64,000 nucleotides of DNA from Parcubacteria group bacterium Gr01-1014_31 (GCA_007376135.1 VMFR01000001.1:142554-206553), one strand, 5' to 3'. Positions 26,758-34,884 are shown, counted from the first letter of the stretch. Notes: generated by a model from the sequence alone, not told the origin. Made by a program: numbers and translations.

Positions 26758-26773
26758 TATTCAATGTTTGAAT

Positions 26774-27673
26774 TTAATGTTTGCGGTGATGCCGAAGACG
26801 CTGGGCTTCAACCAACAGCGGGCAGGCAACGAAGATCGACGAGTAGGTGCCAATGACAATCCCGATGATCAGGGCGAGGGCGAAATCGCGGATCGTTTCA
26901 CCGCCGAACGTGAGAATAACCAGCAGCGTCAGCAGCGTGGGCAGTGCCGTATTGGTCGAACGGACGATCGTCTGCCGAATGCTGGTTTCCACCAATTCGT
27001 CGAAATTCGCCGCCGGGTGATGCAGTAGATTGTCGCGTACGCGGTCAAAAACAACGATGGTGTCGTTTACCGAGTACCCAAACACCGTCAGCAGCGCCGC
27101 AACGAACGGAGCATTCACCTCAAGTCCGTAGAAGTAGCCAAGGGCTGCGAAAATGCCAATGGTGATGACGAGGTCGTGGACCAGGGCCAGAATTGCAATG
27201 GAGCCGTACTGCCATGATGGCACGGGGCGGTGGACTTTCCGGAACGCCAAACTGATGTAGGTGATCATACCGACGACCGCCAGCACGACGGCCCATAATG
27301 TTTTCCGCCGCAGTTCATCGCCGATCGTCGGACCGACCGCATCAAAACGCTGTTCCTCGGCTCCCGGGAAATCCTTGGCCAAACGATCGAAAAGCTGCTG
27401 GTGGACGGCTTGGGTGACGTGTGGGAAGCGCACCATTATCCCCTGTTCACCGATGGGCTGCACCGTCACGCTGACCTCGCCGGAGACCTCCTGCACGATC
27501 TGCCGCACATCCGCGACGCTCGGGCGCTGTGGAAAAGTGACTTCCAAAAGGCTGCCCCCGGTAAAGTCGATGCCAAGGCGCAGCTGCCATCTGAGGATGG
27601 CGGCGACGCTTAACCCGACCAGCAGGACCGAGAGAATGAACCAGGCTTTCCGTTTCGCGATAATGGCAAACAT
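26774..27673 (-). CDS. secF: protein translocase subunit SecF
   Basis: 299 aa, six TM helices, N-terminal IDFTGGSLLEV motif. Confidence 0.85.
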   Translation of the reverse strand: MFAIIAKRKAWFILSVLLVGLSVAAILRWQLRLGIDFTGGSLLEVTFPQRPSVADVRQIVQEVSGEVSVTVQPIGEQGIMVRFPHVTQAVHQQLFDRLAKDFPGAEEQRFDAVGPTIGDELRRKTLWAVVLAVVGMITYISLAFRKVHRPVPSWQYGSIAILALVHDLVITIGIFAALGYFYGLEVNAPFVAALLTVFGYSVNDTIVVFDRVRDNLLHHPAANFDELVETSIRQTIVRSTNTALPTLLTLLVILTFGGETIRDFALALIIGIVIGTYSSIFVACPLLVEAQRLRHHRKH

Positions 27674-27676
27674 ACA

Positions 27677-29413
27677 CTAGGCGTGAGGCAACGAGCGCGT
27701 GTTCACCCCATACAACCAAAAGAAACGGCGGGGGTTCCGACGCGGCTGGAACAACTGCAGCAGCACGTGAGATACGACCATCGCCGTGAAAATGTTCACA
27801 AAGATACCGAGCGCCAGGGTGATAGCGAAGCCCTTGACGATGCTGGTAGAGAACCACATCAGAATCAGGCTGGTCAGCAACGTGGAGGCGTTCGAGTCGC
27901 GAATCGACGGCCAGGCGCGGGAATACCCGATCGCAATGGCCTTCTCCAAAGCGTTGCCCGCGCGTAATTCTTCCTTGAGGCGCTCGAAAGTCAGGATGTT
28001 GGCATCCACCGCCATGCCCAGGCTCAGCACGAACCCGGCGATACCGGCCAAGGTCATCGTCACCGGGATAAATTTGAACAAGGCCAGAAGCAGCAGCCCG
28101 TATAACACCAGCGACAAGCTCGCCAACACGCCCGGCCAGCGATAGACCAGGACCAGGTAGACAATCACCAGCAATAAACCGAACGCGCCGGCGTTCAGGC
28201 TTTTAGTCACCGCCACCTGCCCAAGCGTCGCCCCGACCGCCTGCTGGGAAATAATGGTGATCGGCACCGGCAGCGCGCCGGCGTTCAGGCGCTCTTTCAG
28301 CTGTTTGGCCTCGGCGATCGTAAAATTACCGGAAATTACGGCACTCCCGGACGAAATGACGTCGCGTACGACCGGGCTGCTGATCTCCACTCCATCCAAG
28401 AAAATACCGACGGGGCGCCCAAGGTTCTTGCGGGTGATCTCGGCAAACAGTTTGCCGCCTTCGCTATTGAATTGCAACGACACCTGCGGTTCTCCCGTCT
28501 GCGGGTCAAAGGTGACCGTCGAACGCTGCAAGTGAGCTCCGCCCAGTTCAGTATTCACCCACGGCGTGCCCGAGGATGATGGCGCGGTCTGATACAAAAT
28601 GTGACTGCAGTGGGCTTCCAGCTGGTCCCCGCTGTCGCGGCGCTCGAGCACCTTGATGATGTGGTAGCCGAACTGCGACCGTACCAGCGTTGGATACACG
28701 GCGTTGACCTTTCCGGTCCGAAAACAAACATCCTCGAATTCCGGGACGAATACTCCCAGCTGCACCCAGCCCAGATCGCCGCCCTGCTCGGCGGAACCGT
28801 CGTCCGACTGTTCACGCGCCAGCGCGGCGAAATCCGCACCGGGCTTGATCGCCGCCGTCAAACCGGCGGTCGCGCGAGATTTCACCGTTTCATCCTCCGC
28901 CGCCGGGGTAGCCGTTGCGCTGCCCACCTCCTTAAATTCCAACCGAGGCGTTTCGTCGATCAGATCGATGGCGGCCGCTACATCCGTCACGCCCGGCAAT
29001 TCCACGATGACGCGCCACTCCTGGCCGCTGCGGGCAGTCTGCACGACCGCTTCGGAAACGCCAAAAATATTCACCCGCCGCTCGATCACGTCGCGCACAC
29101 CCTCCAGGGCACCGCTCGCCTCGCCGGCGGGCACCTTGGAAATGTCCGCGGTGTAGATCAGCTGCACGCCGCCCTGCAAGTCCAAGCCCAGGCGGTAGGG
29201 TTTCACCAGGCTTGCCGGGAGCGCGCGTCCACCCGGCAGTTGCGGAAAATCCAACAACGCCGCCAGGATCGCTAAAATAAAAATGCCCAGGCACCCCAGG
29301 CGAATTTTGGTTCGGCTGCTCATGCGCTTAACAGTGCTTCGTGAGTTAAAAATCAGCGCCGCATGACGCTCTCCATTGGTCGCTATGCTAGCAAGATGTG
29401 CGCAGTTTGACAA
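27677..29413 (-). CDS. secD: protein translocase subunit SecD with an inserted PpiC/parvulin-type PPIase domain
   Basis: SecD N-terminal TM, P1 head (LGLDLQGGVQLIY) and a C-terminal six-TM bundle. A parvulin signature (GGDLGWVQLGVFVPEFEDVCFRTGKVNAVYPTLVRSQFGYHIIKV) lies in the periplasmic domain at about aa 175-260. Confidence 0.8.
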   Translation of the reverse strand: MSNCAHLASIATNGERHAALIFNSRSTVKRMSSRTKIRLGCLGIFILAILAALLDFPQLPGGRALPASLVKPYRLGLDLQGGVQLIYTADISKVPAGEASGALEGVRDVIERRVNIFGVSEAVVQTARSGQEWRVIVELPGVTDVAAAIDLIDETPRLEFKEVGSATATPAAEDETVKSRATAGLTAAIKPGADFAALAREQSDDGSAEQGGDLGWVQLGVFVPEFEDVCFRTGKVNAVYPTLVRSQFGYHIIKVLERRDSGDQLEAHCSHILYQTAPSSSGTPWVNTELGGAHLQRSTVTFDPQTGEPQVSLQFNSEGGKLFAEITRKNLGRPVGIFLDGVEISSPVVRDVISSGSAVISGNFTIAEAKQLKERLNAGALPVPITIISQQAVGATLGQVAVTKSLNAGAFGLLLVIVYLVLVYRWPGVLASLSLVLYGLLLLALFKFIPVTMTLAGIAGFVLSLGMAVDANILTFERLKEELRAGNALEKAIAIGYSRAWPSIRDSNASTLLTSLILMWFSTSIVKGFAITLALGIFVNIFTAMVVSHVLLQLFQPRRNPRRFFWLYGVNTRSLPHA

Positions 29414-29422
29414 GCCCCCGCC

Positions 29423-31150
29423 TTACTCGCGGGTGCCGACCGTCCCCGGCGGCGGGAAATCCAATTCGCGATCCCAATTGACCCGCCAGATCTTGAGTAG
29501 CGGACGACCGTCCGCCGCCGCAACGATCTGTGGGAAAACGTTCTGCCGTTGCGCCAAAGCGGAAAAGAATAAGTGGGTCACGCGAGTTTGTTCGTCGAAT
29601 GCGCCCTTGCTGTCCATCGCGGCCGGACCGACCTCCACATACCAGAGGGGCCGGCCCTTTCTCGCTTCAAAGACATTTTGCCAATTCAAGTAGGCAAAAA
29701 TTCCGGCGTTCACGAATGTTGCCTGGTCGGCGTACCACCCGTAGCGAAAGAGATACCAGTTGATCGGGAACCAGCTGATGCGGTTATCCAGCACGACGAA
29801 TTCTTGTTCCGGATTGGCGGCGTCCGCGATCTGCCGCTGGAACCAACTGAGCAACGAAGGATAATGCCGCGGCGTCAACGTGGTTGGGATGCGCTGCTGC
29901 CGCCATGATTCCCAGGCGGAAAATCCGACCGGTGCCGCCCAGAACGTTTGCACCAGCTGCGGTATCGGCTTGACCGCGGAGAGCGTGGGAAAACAGGCGG
30001 CCGCGGCAATAGCGATCGCCAACCCGGCAAGCGGGAAAGAATACTTTTTTGGCAGTAGCGAGATTCCGGCCCCGAAAGCCAAAGCGTAGAATGGCAACAG
30101 TACCGCACTGCGTCCAAAATCGTTCAACGTCACCAGGGCAAGGACCGCCCCGACCACCCCGGTCCCGATGCTGAATACCACGACGGACTCATTGAGGTGT
30201 ACTCTTCGCAGCAGCGCATACAGCCAGCCCATCAGCGCGCCAACGCTTGCCACCACCGTCAACCCCCGGGCCTGATTTCCCGCGAACGTCAGAATCTGCC
30301 GCGCATCGCCCTGCCACAGCGCTTGATGGCTTGCCGGCCAATCCTTGGAAGTGTCCTGACCGAGCAGACGGGCTAATTGCAGGTCGAAATGTCCGCGGAG
30401 AAGATAGAGCTGCCAATTATAGTAGGCTAACGGCAGCAGCAGCGCGATCAGAGCTCCGGGAGCGAACCAAAAACCGCGGCGGCGAAAGCAGCGCTGGCGG
30501 ACGAACGTCCACGCCAGCGGCAGCAGAACCAACGCCGCGGAATATTTGGTCAGTAATCCGGCCGCGACCGCCGTTCCGACGGCCGCCCAGCGCAGTGTGC
30601 TGTACCGGTCATCCGCCGTTCGGACGGCGCGGTCCGCCAGGAACATGGCCAGGACGATCCAAAAAATGACGCCGGATTCTTGGATGGCCTGGCGGGAAAT
30701 GAAGATATGCCAAGGGAGTACCGACAGCAGCATCCCGGCGGCCAATGCCGCGCCGCGATAGCCCCAGCGGCGCAGTAAGAGCATCAGCAGCGCGACCGCT
30801 CCCGCGCCATAGAGCGCTGACGGCAGGCGTACGACCCACAGCTTGATACCCAGCGCCCGCACGGCCAGCCAAATGGTCGCAAAGTGCAGGGGCGGGTGGT
30901 CGTTGAAGCTCAATTGCGTCCAAGCCGGCAATCGTTCCTCATCCTGAAACCAGATCCATGGCGTCCCGAGCACCGTAGAGAACATAAAATCATTCCACCC
31001 GATCGCGCGGATGGCGTAGTTCCCTTCGTCGGTGCGGACCTCGTCGCGGTCCAAATACACCACCCGCAACGTCAGCGCCAACACCACAATGCCCGCGAAC
31101 GCGAGCAGCCACCGCCGATGAATAGCGGGACCTTGGGGTGCAGCAGGCAT
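29423..31150 (-). CDS. GT-C fold membrane glycosyltransferase (PMT/ArnT-like, GT39/GT83)
   Basis: 575 aa polytopic protein with an N-terminal DEG motif (RDEVRTDEGNYAIRA), typical of dolichyl/undecaprenyl-phosphate-sugar dependent transferases. Confidence 0.65.
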   Translation of the reverse strand: MPAAPQGPAIHRRWLLAFAGIVVLALTLRVVYLDRDEVRTDEGNYAIRAIGWNDFMFSTVLGTPWIWFQDEERLPAWTQLSFNDHPPLHFATIWLAVRALGIKLWVVRLPSALYGAGAVALLMLLLRRWGYRGAALAAGMLLSVLPWHIFISRQAIQESGVIFWIVLAMFLADRAVRTADDRYSTLRWAAVGTAVAAGLLTKYSAALVLLPLAWTFVRQRCFRRRGFWFAPGALIALLLPLAYYNWQLYLLRGHFDLQLARLLGQDTSKDWPASHQALWQGDARQILTFAGNQARGLTVVASVGALMGWLYALLRRVHLNESVVVFSIGTGVVGAVLALVTLNDFGRSAVLLPFYALAFGAGISLLPKKYSFPLAGLAIAIAAAACFPTLSAVKPIPQLVQTFWAAPVGFSAWESWRQQRIPTTLTPRHYPSLLSWFQRQIADAANPEQEFVVLDNRISWFPINWYLFRYGWYADQATFVNAGIFAYLNWQNVFEARKGRPLWYVEVGPAAMDSKGAFDEQTRVTHLFFSALAQRQNVFPQIVAAADGRPLLKIWRVNWDRELDFPPPGTVGTRE

Positions 31151-31214
31151 ACCATCATGATAGCACGCAAAAAACCGCCCGTATCCGCGGGCGGTTTTTC
31201 TTCAGCGCGGACGG

Positions 31215-31820
31215 CTATTCCTGCACGGTGACGGAGCGCAGCACGACGTCTTCCGTCGGTCGGTCATTCGCGTCCGTCGCCACCTTTTCAATGGCCGCAA
31301 CCACGTCCATTCCCTCCACGACCATTCCGAAGTTCGTGTGCTTGCCGTCCAACCAATCGGTCGCCGCCTTGGTCACAATGAAGAACTGACTGCCGTTGGT
31401 ATTCGGGCCGGCGTTCGCCATCGCCAGCGACCCGCGCACTAATTTATGCTCGTTGATCTCATCCTCGAAACGGTAGTCCGGTCCGCCGGTACCCCAGCGC
31501 GATTTGGCGGCCAGATCCTTGCTCAGCGGATCGCCGCCCTGGATCATAAAATCGCTAATGACGCGGTGAAACCGCGTGCCGTCGTAAAAGCCTTCCCGGG
31601 CCAGTTTGACGAAATTGTCGACGGTCTTTGGCGCGTCCGAGCGGTAGAGCTCGACCACGATCGTCCCCTTGCTGGTAACCAATGTTGCACGCATAGTTGT
31701 GGCAATTGGCGTCGGCGTCGGAGTGGGCGTCACCGCCACCCCGCCGGCCGGCAGATTAGAATTTTTTACGCAGCCGGCGATGAGGACGGCCGCAATGAGA
31801 AGAAATGATCGTGGTCGCAT
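31215..31820 (-). CDS. peptidyl-prolyl cis-trans isomerase, cyclophilin type, lipoprotein
   Basis: Lipobox LIAAVLIAGC. Cyclophilin motifs FHRVISDFMIQGGDP and SLAMANAGPNTNGSQFFI. Confidence 0.85.
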   Translation of the reverse strand: MRPRSFLLIAAVLIAGCVKNSNLPAGGVAVTPTPTPTPIATTMRATLVTSKGTIVVELYRSDAPKTVDNFVKLAREGFYDGTRFHRVISDFMIQGGDPLSKDLAAKSRWGTGGPDYRFEDEINEHKLVRGSLAMANAGPNTNGSQFFIVTKAATDWLDGKHTNFGMVVEGMDVVAAIEKVATDANDRPTEDVVLRSVTVQE

Positions 31821-31965
31821 AGTATTCTGTATTAACTATCCCCAAGCCATACACCGTTTCACCCTTGACGGGCCTCACCCTGCCCATCTCGCGTTTTTGA
31901 ACAGTGCAATATTGGGGATAAAGTAATAAACTGCCTTTTCTGACCGTCGATGCACGCGCTTTGTC

Positions 31966-31990
31966 CCGCTCCATCCTGGGGGGAAATCGA
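31966..31990 (-). pseudogene. tRNA-Gln 3'-fragment (T-arm and acceptor remnant)
   Basis: The minus strand reads ATGAAGGTTCGATTTCCCCCC. It matches the 3' part of the adjacent tRNA-Gln but carries a 3-nt deletion. Confidence 0.4.
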
Positions 31991-32007
31991 ACCTTCATAC
32001 TGGGCTC

Positions 32008-32103
32008 TCCCACACATTGCTGGGGGGGAAGGAATCGAACCTTCATTCGCAGCTCCAAAGGCTGCTGTCCTGCCATTAGACGACCCCCCAGCAATGTGTG
32101 GGA
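32008..32103 (-). repeat. 13-bp perfect inverted repeat (CCCACACATTGC.. / ..GCAATGTGTGGG) immediately flanking tRNA-Gln
   Basis: 32008-32020 is the exact reverse complement of 32091-32103; the two arms abut the tRNA ends. Confidence 0.7.
32020..32090 (-). tRNA. tRNA-Gln (anticodon UUG)
   Basis: Minus strand: TGGGGGG acceptor, D-arm, anticodon stem GCAGC/GCTGC with loop CTTTGGA, T-arm GAAGG-TTCGATT-CCTTC, CCCCCCA acceptor, discriminator G; CCA not encoded. Confidence 0.7.
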
Positions 32104-32199
32104 CCTTGCCCGACTCCGCGCCTGCCCCGTCGTATGACGGGGCCCTGTTTTACCCCACACCTTTCGACCTTAAATAGCAGAGCTACTTTGCTTGCCTAC

Positions 32200-32270
32200 C
32201 CGCGGGAGCAGAACTCGAATCTGGATTCACGGCTCCAAAGGCTGCTGTCCTGCCCTTAGACGATCCCGTA
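32200..32270 (-). pseudogene. degenerate tRNA-Gln(UUG) copy
   Basis: D-arm and anticodon arm are near-identical to tRNA-Gln. The acceptor, anticodon and T stems each carry one mismatch. No flanking inverted repeat. Confidence 0.4.
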
Positions 32271-32359
32271 GTTATGGAAGCGATAGTACTAAAGGTCAAA
32301 AGGTGTGGAGCGAGGACGACCCCCCCCAGGACGGGACGCAACGTCCACCGGTACCGGCA

Positions 32360-32587
32360 TCAACTGAACCGCACCGCGTTATAGATCTTCCTGGCAGCAA
32401 AGTACATGACGAAGGCGAAAAAGACTCCCAGATACCCGAAGGTGCCGACCTTGAGCGGCAGCGAAATGTGTTGGCCGACGATGAAGTTGACGACTTCAAG
32501 CACTAAGAGCACGCCCATCAGGATCATCACGATGAAGATGAGCATGACCACGGTCAGAATGGTTTCCAAAAGCCGGCCGGCGTGCAT
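32360..32587 (-). CDS. hypothetical small membrane protein (75 aa, two TM helices)
   Basis: Hydrophobic ORF in the gap between the tRNA locus and ftsX; no recognisable family. Confidence 0.3.
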   Translation of the reverse strand: MHAGRLLETILTVVMLIFIVMILMGVLLVLEVVNFIVGQHISLPLKVGTFGYLGVFFAFVMYFAARKIYNAVRFS

Positions 32588-32637
32588 AGGTACGAAGTGG
32601 TAGCGTAGCGGGCGGGGGGCGAAACGTCAATCCCGCC

Positions 32638-33561
32638 TCAAACTTTCAGGTAACGGCGCACGGCGAACACCGATCCCACCATATTTAGCGCCGACATTCC
32701 CAGCAGTTGCGAACCGAAGATGGCCACAAAGTTCTCGCGGAAATAGCCAGCCAGATCGAGCGGTACGCCGGTAAAGAAATCCTGAAGATACGGCTGCACC
32801 GCATTCAGCAACGGGAATGTGACCGCCACAGCGAGTCCGGTCGCGCACAGCGCGTACAGCACGCCCTCCAGCACGAACGGCGCGGTGATGAACGCGTTGG
32901 ACGCGCCGACCAGCTTCATAATGCCGATCTCGTCGCGGTGCGTATAGATCGCGACGCGGATGGTGTTGAACACGATCAGCGTGGCGATCAGGACGAACAG
33001 CGCCGATATCGCGATCCCCGCCTGGTTAATGCGGTCGGCGATCAGTCGGATCTCGTTGATCGTACGCTGGTGGTCCTTATAGTTCTCGTCGCTGACCAGA
33101 TCGCGGTACGGCGAATGGTTGAGCACCTGGATGATCTCCGGGTAGTCCGAGGGGTGTTGTGCGGTCACCACCAGCGTCGCTCCCAGCGGGTTGTCGCCCA
33201 GCTCCTCCAGAGTCTCCAGGATGGCAGCGTCACGGGCGTGCCGCTGGCGGAATTCTTTCATCGCATCGTCGGCGGTCACGAGCGTGATGGCGGTCACCTG
33301 TGAAAGCTTGCCCAAGTAGTCCTGCACCTCTTTGACCTTCGGCGTGTCCACCACCGGGTCAAAGTAAATGCTGACGTCGATCTTTTGCTCGAGGGAGGTA
33401 ACGGCGGAATCGGCGACGACATTGAGCGCCAGCAGCGCATTGACCGTCAACGACGCCAGCGCGATGATGCTGACGGTCACCAGCGACAGCCAGAAATTGC
33501 GCCAGAACCCTTGCCAGGCGAATTTAATGACGCGGTAGATGGTCACGAGCATATGCTTCAA
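32638..33561 (-). CDS. ftsX: cell division permease FtsX
   Basis: Four TM helices, a periplasmic domain and the FtsX C-terminal motif. Its start overlaps the ftsE stop. Confidence 0.85.
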   Translation of the reverse strand: MKHMLVTIYRVIKFAWQGFWRNFWLSLVTVSIIALASLTVNALLALNVVADSAVTSLEQKIDVSIYFDPVVDTPKVKEVQDYLGKLSQVTAITLVTADDAMKEFRQRHARDAAILETLEELGDNPLGATLVVTAQHPSDYPEIIQVLNHSPYRDLVSDENYKDHQRTINEIRLIADRINQAGIAISALFVLIATLIVFNTIRVAIYTHRDEIGIMKLVGASNAFITAPFVLEGVLYALCATGLAVAVTFPLLNAVQPYLQDFFTGVPLDLAGYFRENFVAIFGSQLLGMSALNMVGSVFAVRRYLKV

Positions 33562-34244
33562 CTCAACCGATAGCGCCCAACCGCCTCATCGGAGGTCAGT
33601 GTGCCCTGATCAAGTACCAGCACACGGCGCCGGATCTGATTAACCCTCCCCTCGTCATGGCTGACAAACAGCACGGTCGTACCGATCTGGTTGATCTTCA
33701 GCAATAACTCGATGATCTCTTGCGAGGTGGCCGTATCCAGGTTGCCGGTCGGCTCATCCGCCACCAGGATCTTGGGACCGTGGGCGAGCGCCCGTGCGAT
33801 CGCGACGCGCTGCTGCTCGCCGCCGGAAAGGTGGCGCGGGAAACGGTCGTGCTTATCGGCCAACCCGACGATCTTGAGCACCTCGGGGACGATCTTGCGG
33901 ATACGCGAGGGGCGCGCTCCGATCACCTGCATCGCGAATGCGACATTCTCAAAAACGGTCTTCTTTTGCAATAATTTGTAATCCTGGAAAACGACACCGA
34001 TCTGCCGCCGAAGGTAAGGCACTTCACGAGACCGGATGTGCGTAATGTCCCAACCGCCGACGACCACCTGCCCTTCGCTCGCCCGCTCTTCGGCGGTCAG
34101 GATCTTGACCAGCGTGGTTTTTCCGGTGCCGCTCTTGCCAACGATCGAGATGAATTCACCCGCCAAAACCTCGAAAGAAACGTTGGCCAAAGCGACCGTG
34201 CGCTCAGGGAAATAGATTTTGGATACGTTGCGGAAGATGATCAT
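33558..34244 (-). CDS. ftsE: cell division ATP-binding protein FtsE
   Basis: ABC ATPase: [37 protein letters not shown]. Confidence 0.9.
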   Translation of the reverse strand: MIIFRNVSKIYFPERTVALANVSFEVLAGEFISIVGKSGTGKTTLVKILTAEERASEGQVVVGGWDITHIRSREVPYLRRQIGVVFQDYKLLQKKTVFENVAFAMQVIGARPSRIRKIVPEVLKIVGLADKHDRFPRHLSGGEQQRVAIARALAHGPKILVADEPTGNLDTATSQEIIELLLKINQIGTTVLFVSHDEGRVNQIRRRVLVLDQGTLTSDEAVGRYRLS

Positions 34245-34266
34245 GGGTTTTGAGGAACGCGCACGG

Positions 34267-34296
34267 CTTGAAATTTCTACCCCAGCGTGCGTATAC
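34267..34296 (+). promoter_or_regulatory. sigma70 promoter TTGAAA-18-TATACT for the tRNA Gly/Thr cluster
   Basis: -35 TTGAAA (34267-34272) and -10 TATACT (34291-34296); a second TATACT follows 2 nt later. Confidence 0.5.
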
Positions 34297-34357
34297 TGGT
34301 ATACTGCTGTCCCAACGGCATCGGGTCAAGGGATAAGTCTATTCCCGGCCGCCACGC

Positions 34358-34395
34358 GCGGGATTAGTACCATGGTAGTACGTCGGCTTCCCTCG
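34358..34395 (+). pseudogene. tRNA-Gly-like 5' half (acceptor, D-arm, anticodon stem-loop start)
   Basis: GCGGGATTAGTACCATGGTAGTACGTCGGCTTCCC parallels the intact tRNA-Gly 5' half and then loses similarity. Confidence 0.4.
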
Positions 34396-34511
34396 CCCCT
34401 CACCTTTACGATTGGCTCTCTGCGGGTGTAGTACAGTGGTAGTATGCTAGCTTCCCAAGCTAGAGATGGGAGTTCGATTCTCCTCACCCGCTCCAGGTAA
34501 AGGTGTGGGGG
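34396..34511 (+). repeat. imperfect 14-bp inverted repeat (CCCCTCACCTTTAC / GTAAAGGTGTGGGGG) enclosing tRNA-Gly
   Basis: 34396-34409 against the reverse complement of 34497-34511, one mismatch. The repeat brackets the intact tRNA-Gly. Confidence 0.6.
34423..34495 (+). tRNA. tRNA-Gly (anticodon CCC)
   Basis: GCGGGTG acceptor, anticodon stem CTAGC/GCTAG with loop TTCCCAA, T-arm GGGAG-TTCGATT-CTCCT, discriminator U, CCA encoded. Confidence 0.8.
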
Positions 34512-34522
34512 CAAGCAAAAGA

Positions 34523-34548
34523 CGCGAGTTCGATTCTCGTATCCCGCT
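34523..34548 (+). pseudogene. tRNA 3' half (T-arm plus acceptor 3' strand ATCCCGC) complementary to the upstream 5' half
   Basis: GCGAG-TTCGATT-CTCGT-ATCCCGC-T; the acceptor strand is the exact complement of GCGGGAT at 34358. Confidence 0.4.
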
Positions 34549-34599
34549 CGCTGCCGCGGTTCGGCAGGATATTCGCGCGGTTGCCTTAGGCCGAAGTAC

Positions 34600-34703
34600 T
34601 TTCACATCTTGCCTTGCCGGAGTAGCTCAGCCGGTAGAGCAGTGCTTTCGTAAAGCAAAGGTCGAGGGTTCGAGTCCCTCCTCCGGCTTGGCAAGATGTG
34701 AAA
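34600..34703 (+). repeat. perfect 14-bp inverted repeat (TTTCACATCTTGCC / GGCAAGATGTGAAA) enclosing tRNA-Thr
   Basis: 34600-34613 is the exact reverse complement of 34690-34703. The arms lie 2 nt and 1 nt from the tRNA ends. Confidence 0.7.
34616..34688 (+). tRNA. tRNA-Thr (anticodon CGU)
   Basis: GCCGGAG acceptor, D-arm GCTC/GAGC, anticodon stem GTGCT/AGCAA with loop TTCGTAA, T-arm GAGGG-TTCGAGT-CCCTC, CTCCGGC acceptor, discriminator U. Confidence 0.75.
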
Positions 34704-34884
34704 GATGCCGATCATTGTGGGTTTCCCGCCGTTCTCCTCTTTCGGTTATTGAAATATAGGGAGGAGGGACCCCGCCGACGGCGGTGGCGACTCCCACCTT
34801 CGGCTCCAGACAACTCCGTAAATAGGAAAGATCGGCGCCCGCAGCAGCCGATTTTTCATATCCGCTGCCCTCCGGAAACTGGAA

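Noticed and set aside
31860-32340. Integrated mobile element at the tRNA-Gln locus
   Set aside because: The tRNA fragment and degenerate copy are only tens of bp from the intact tRNA, and no integrase, transposase or cargo lies between them, so there is no evidence for an island. It is reported as tRNA debris and inverted repeats instead.
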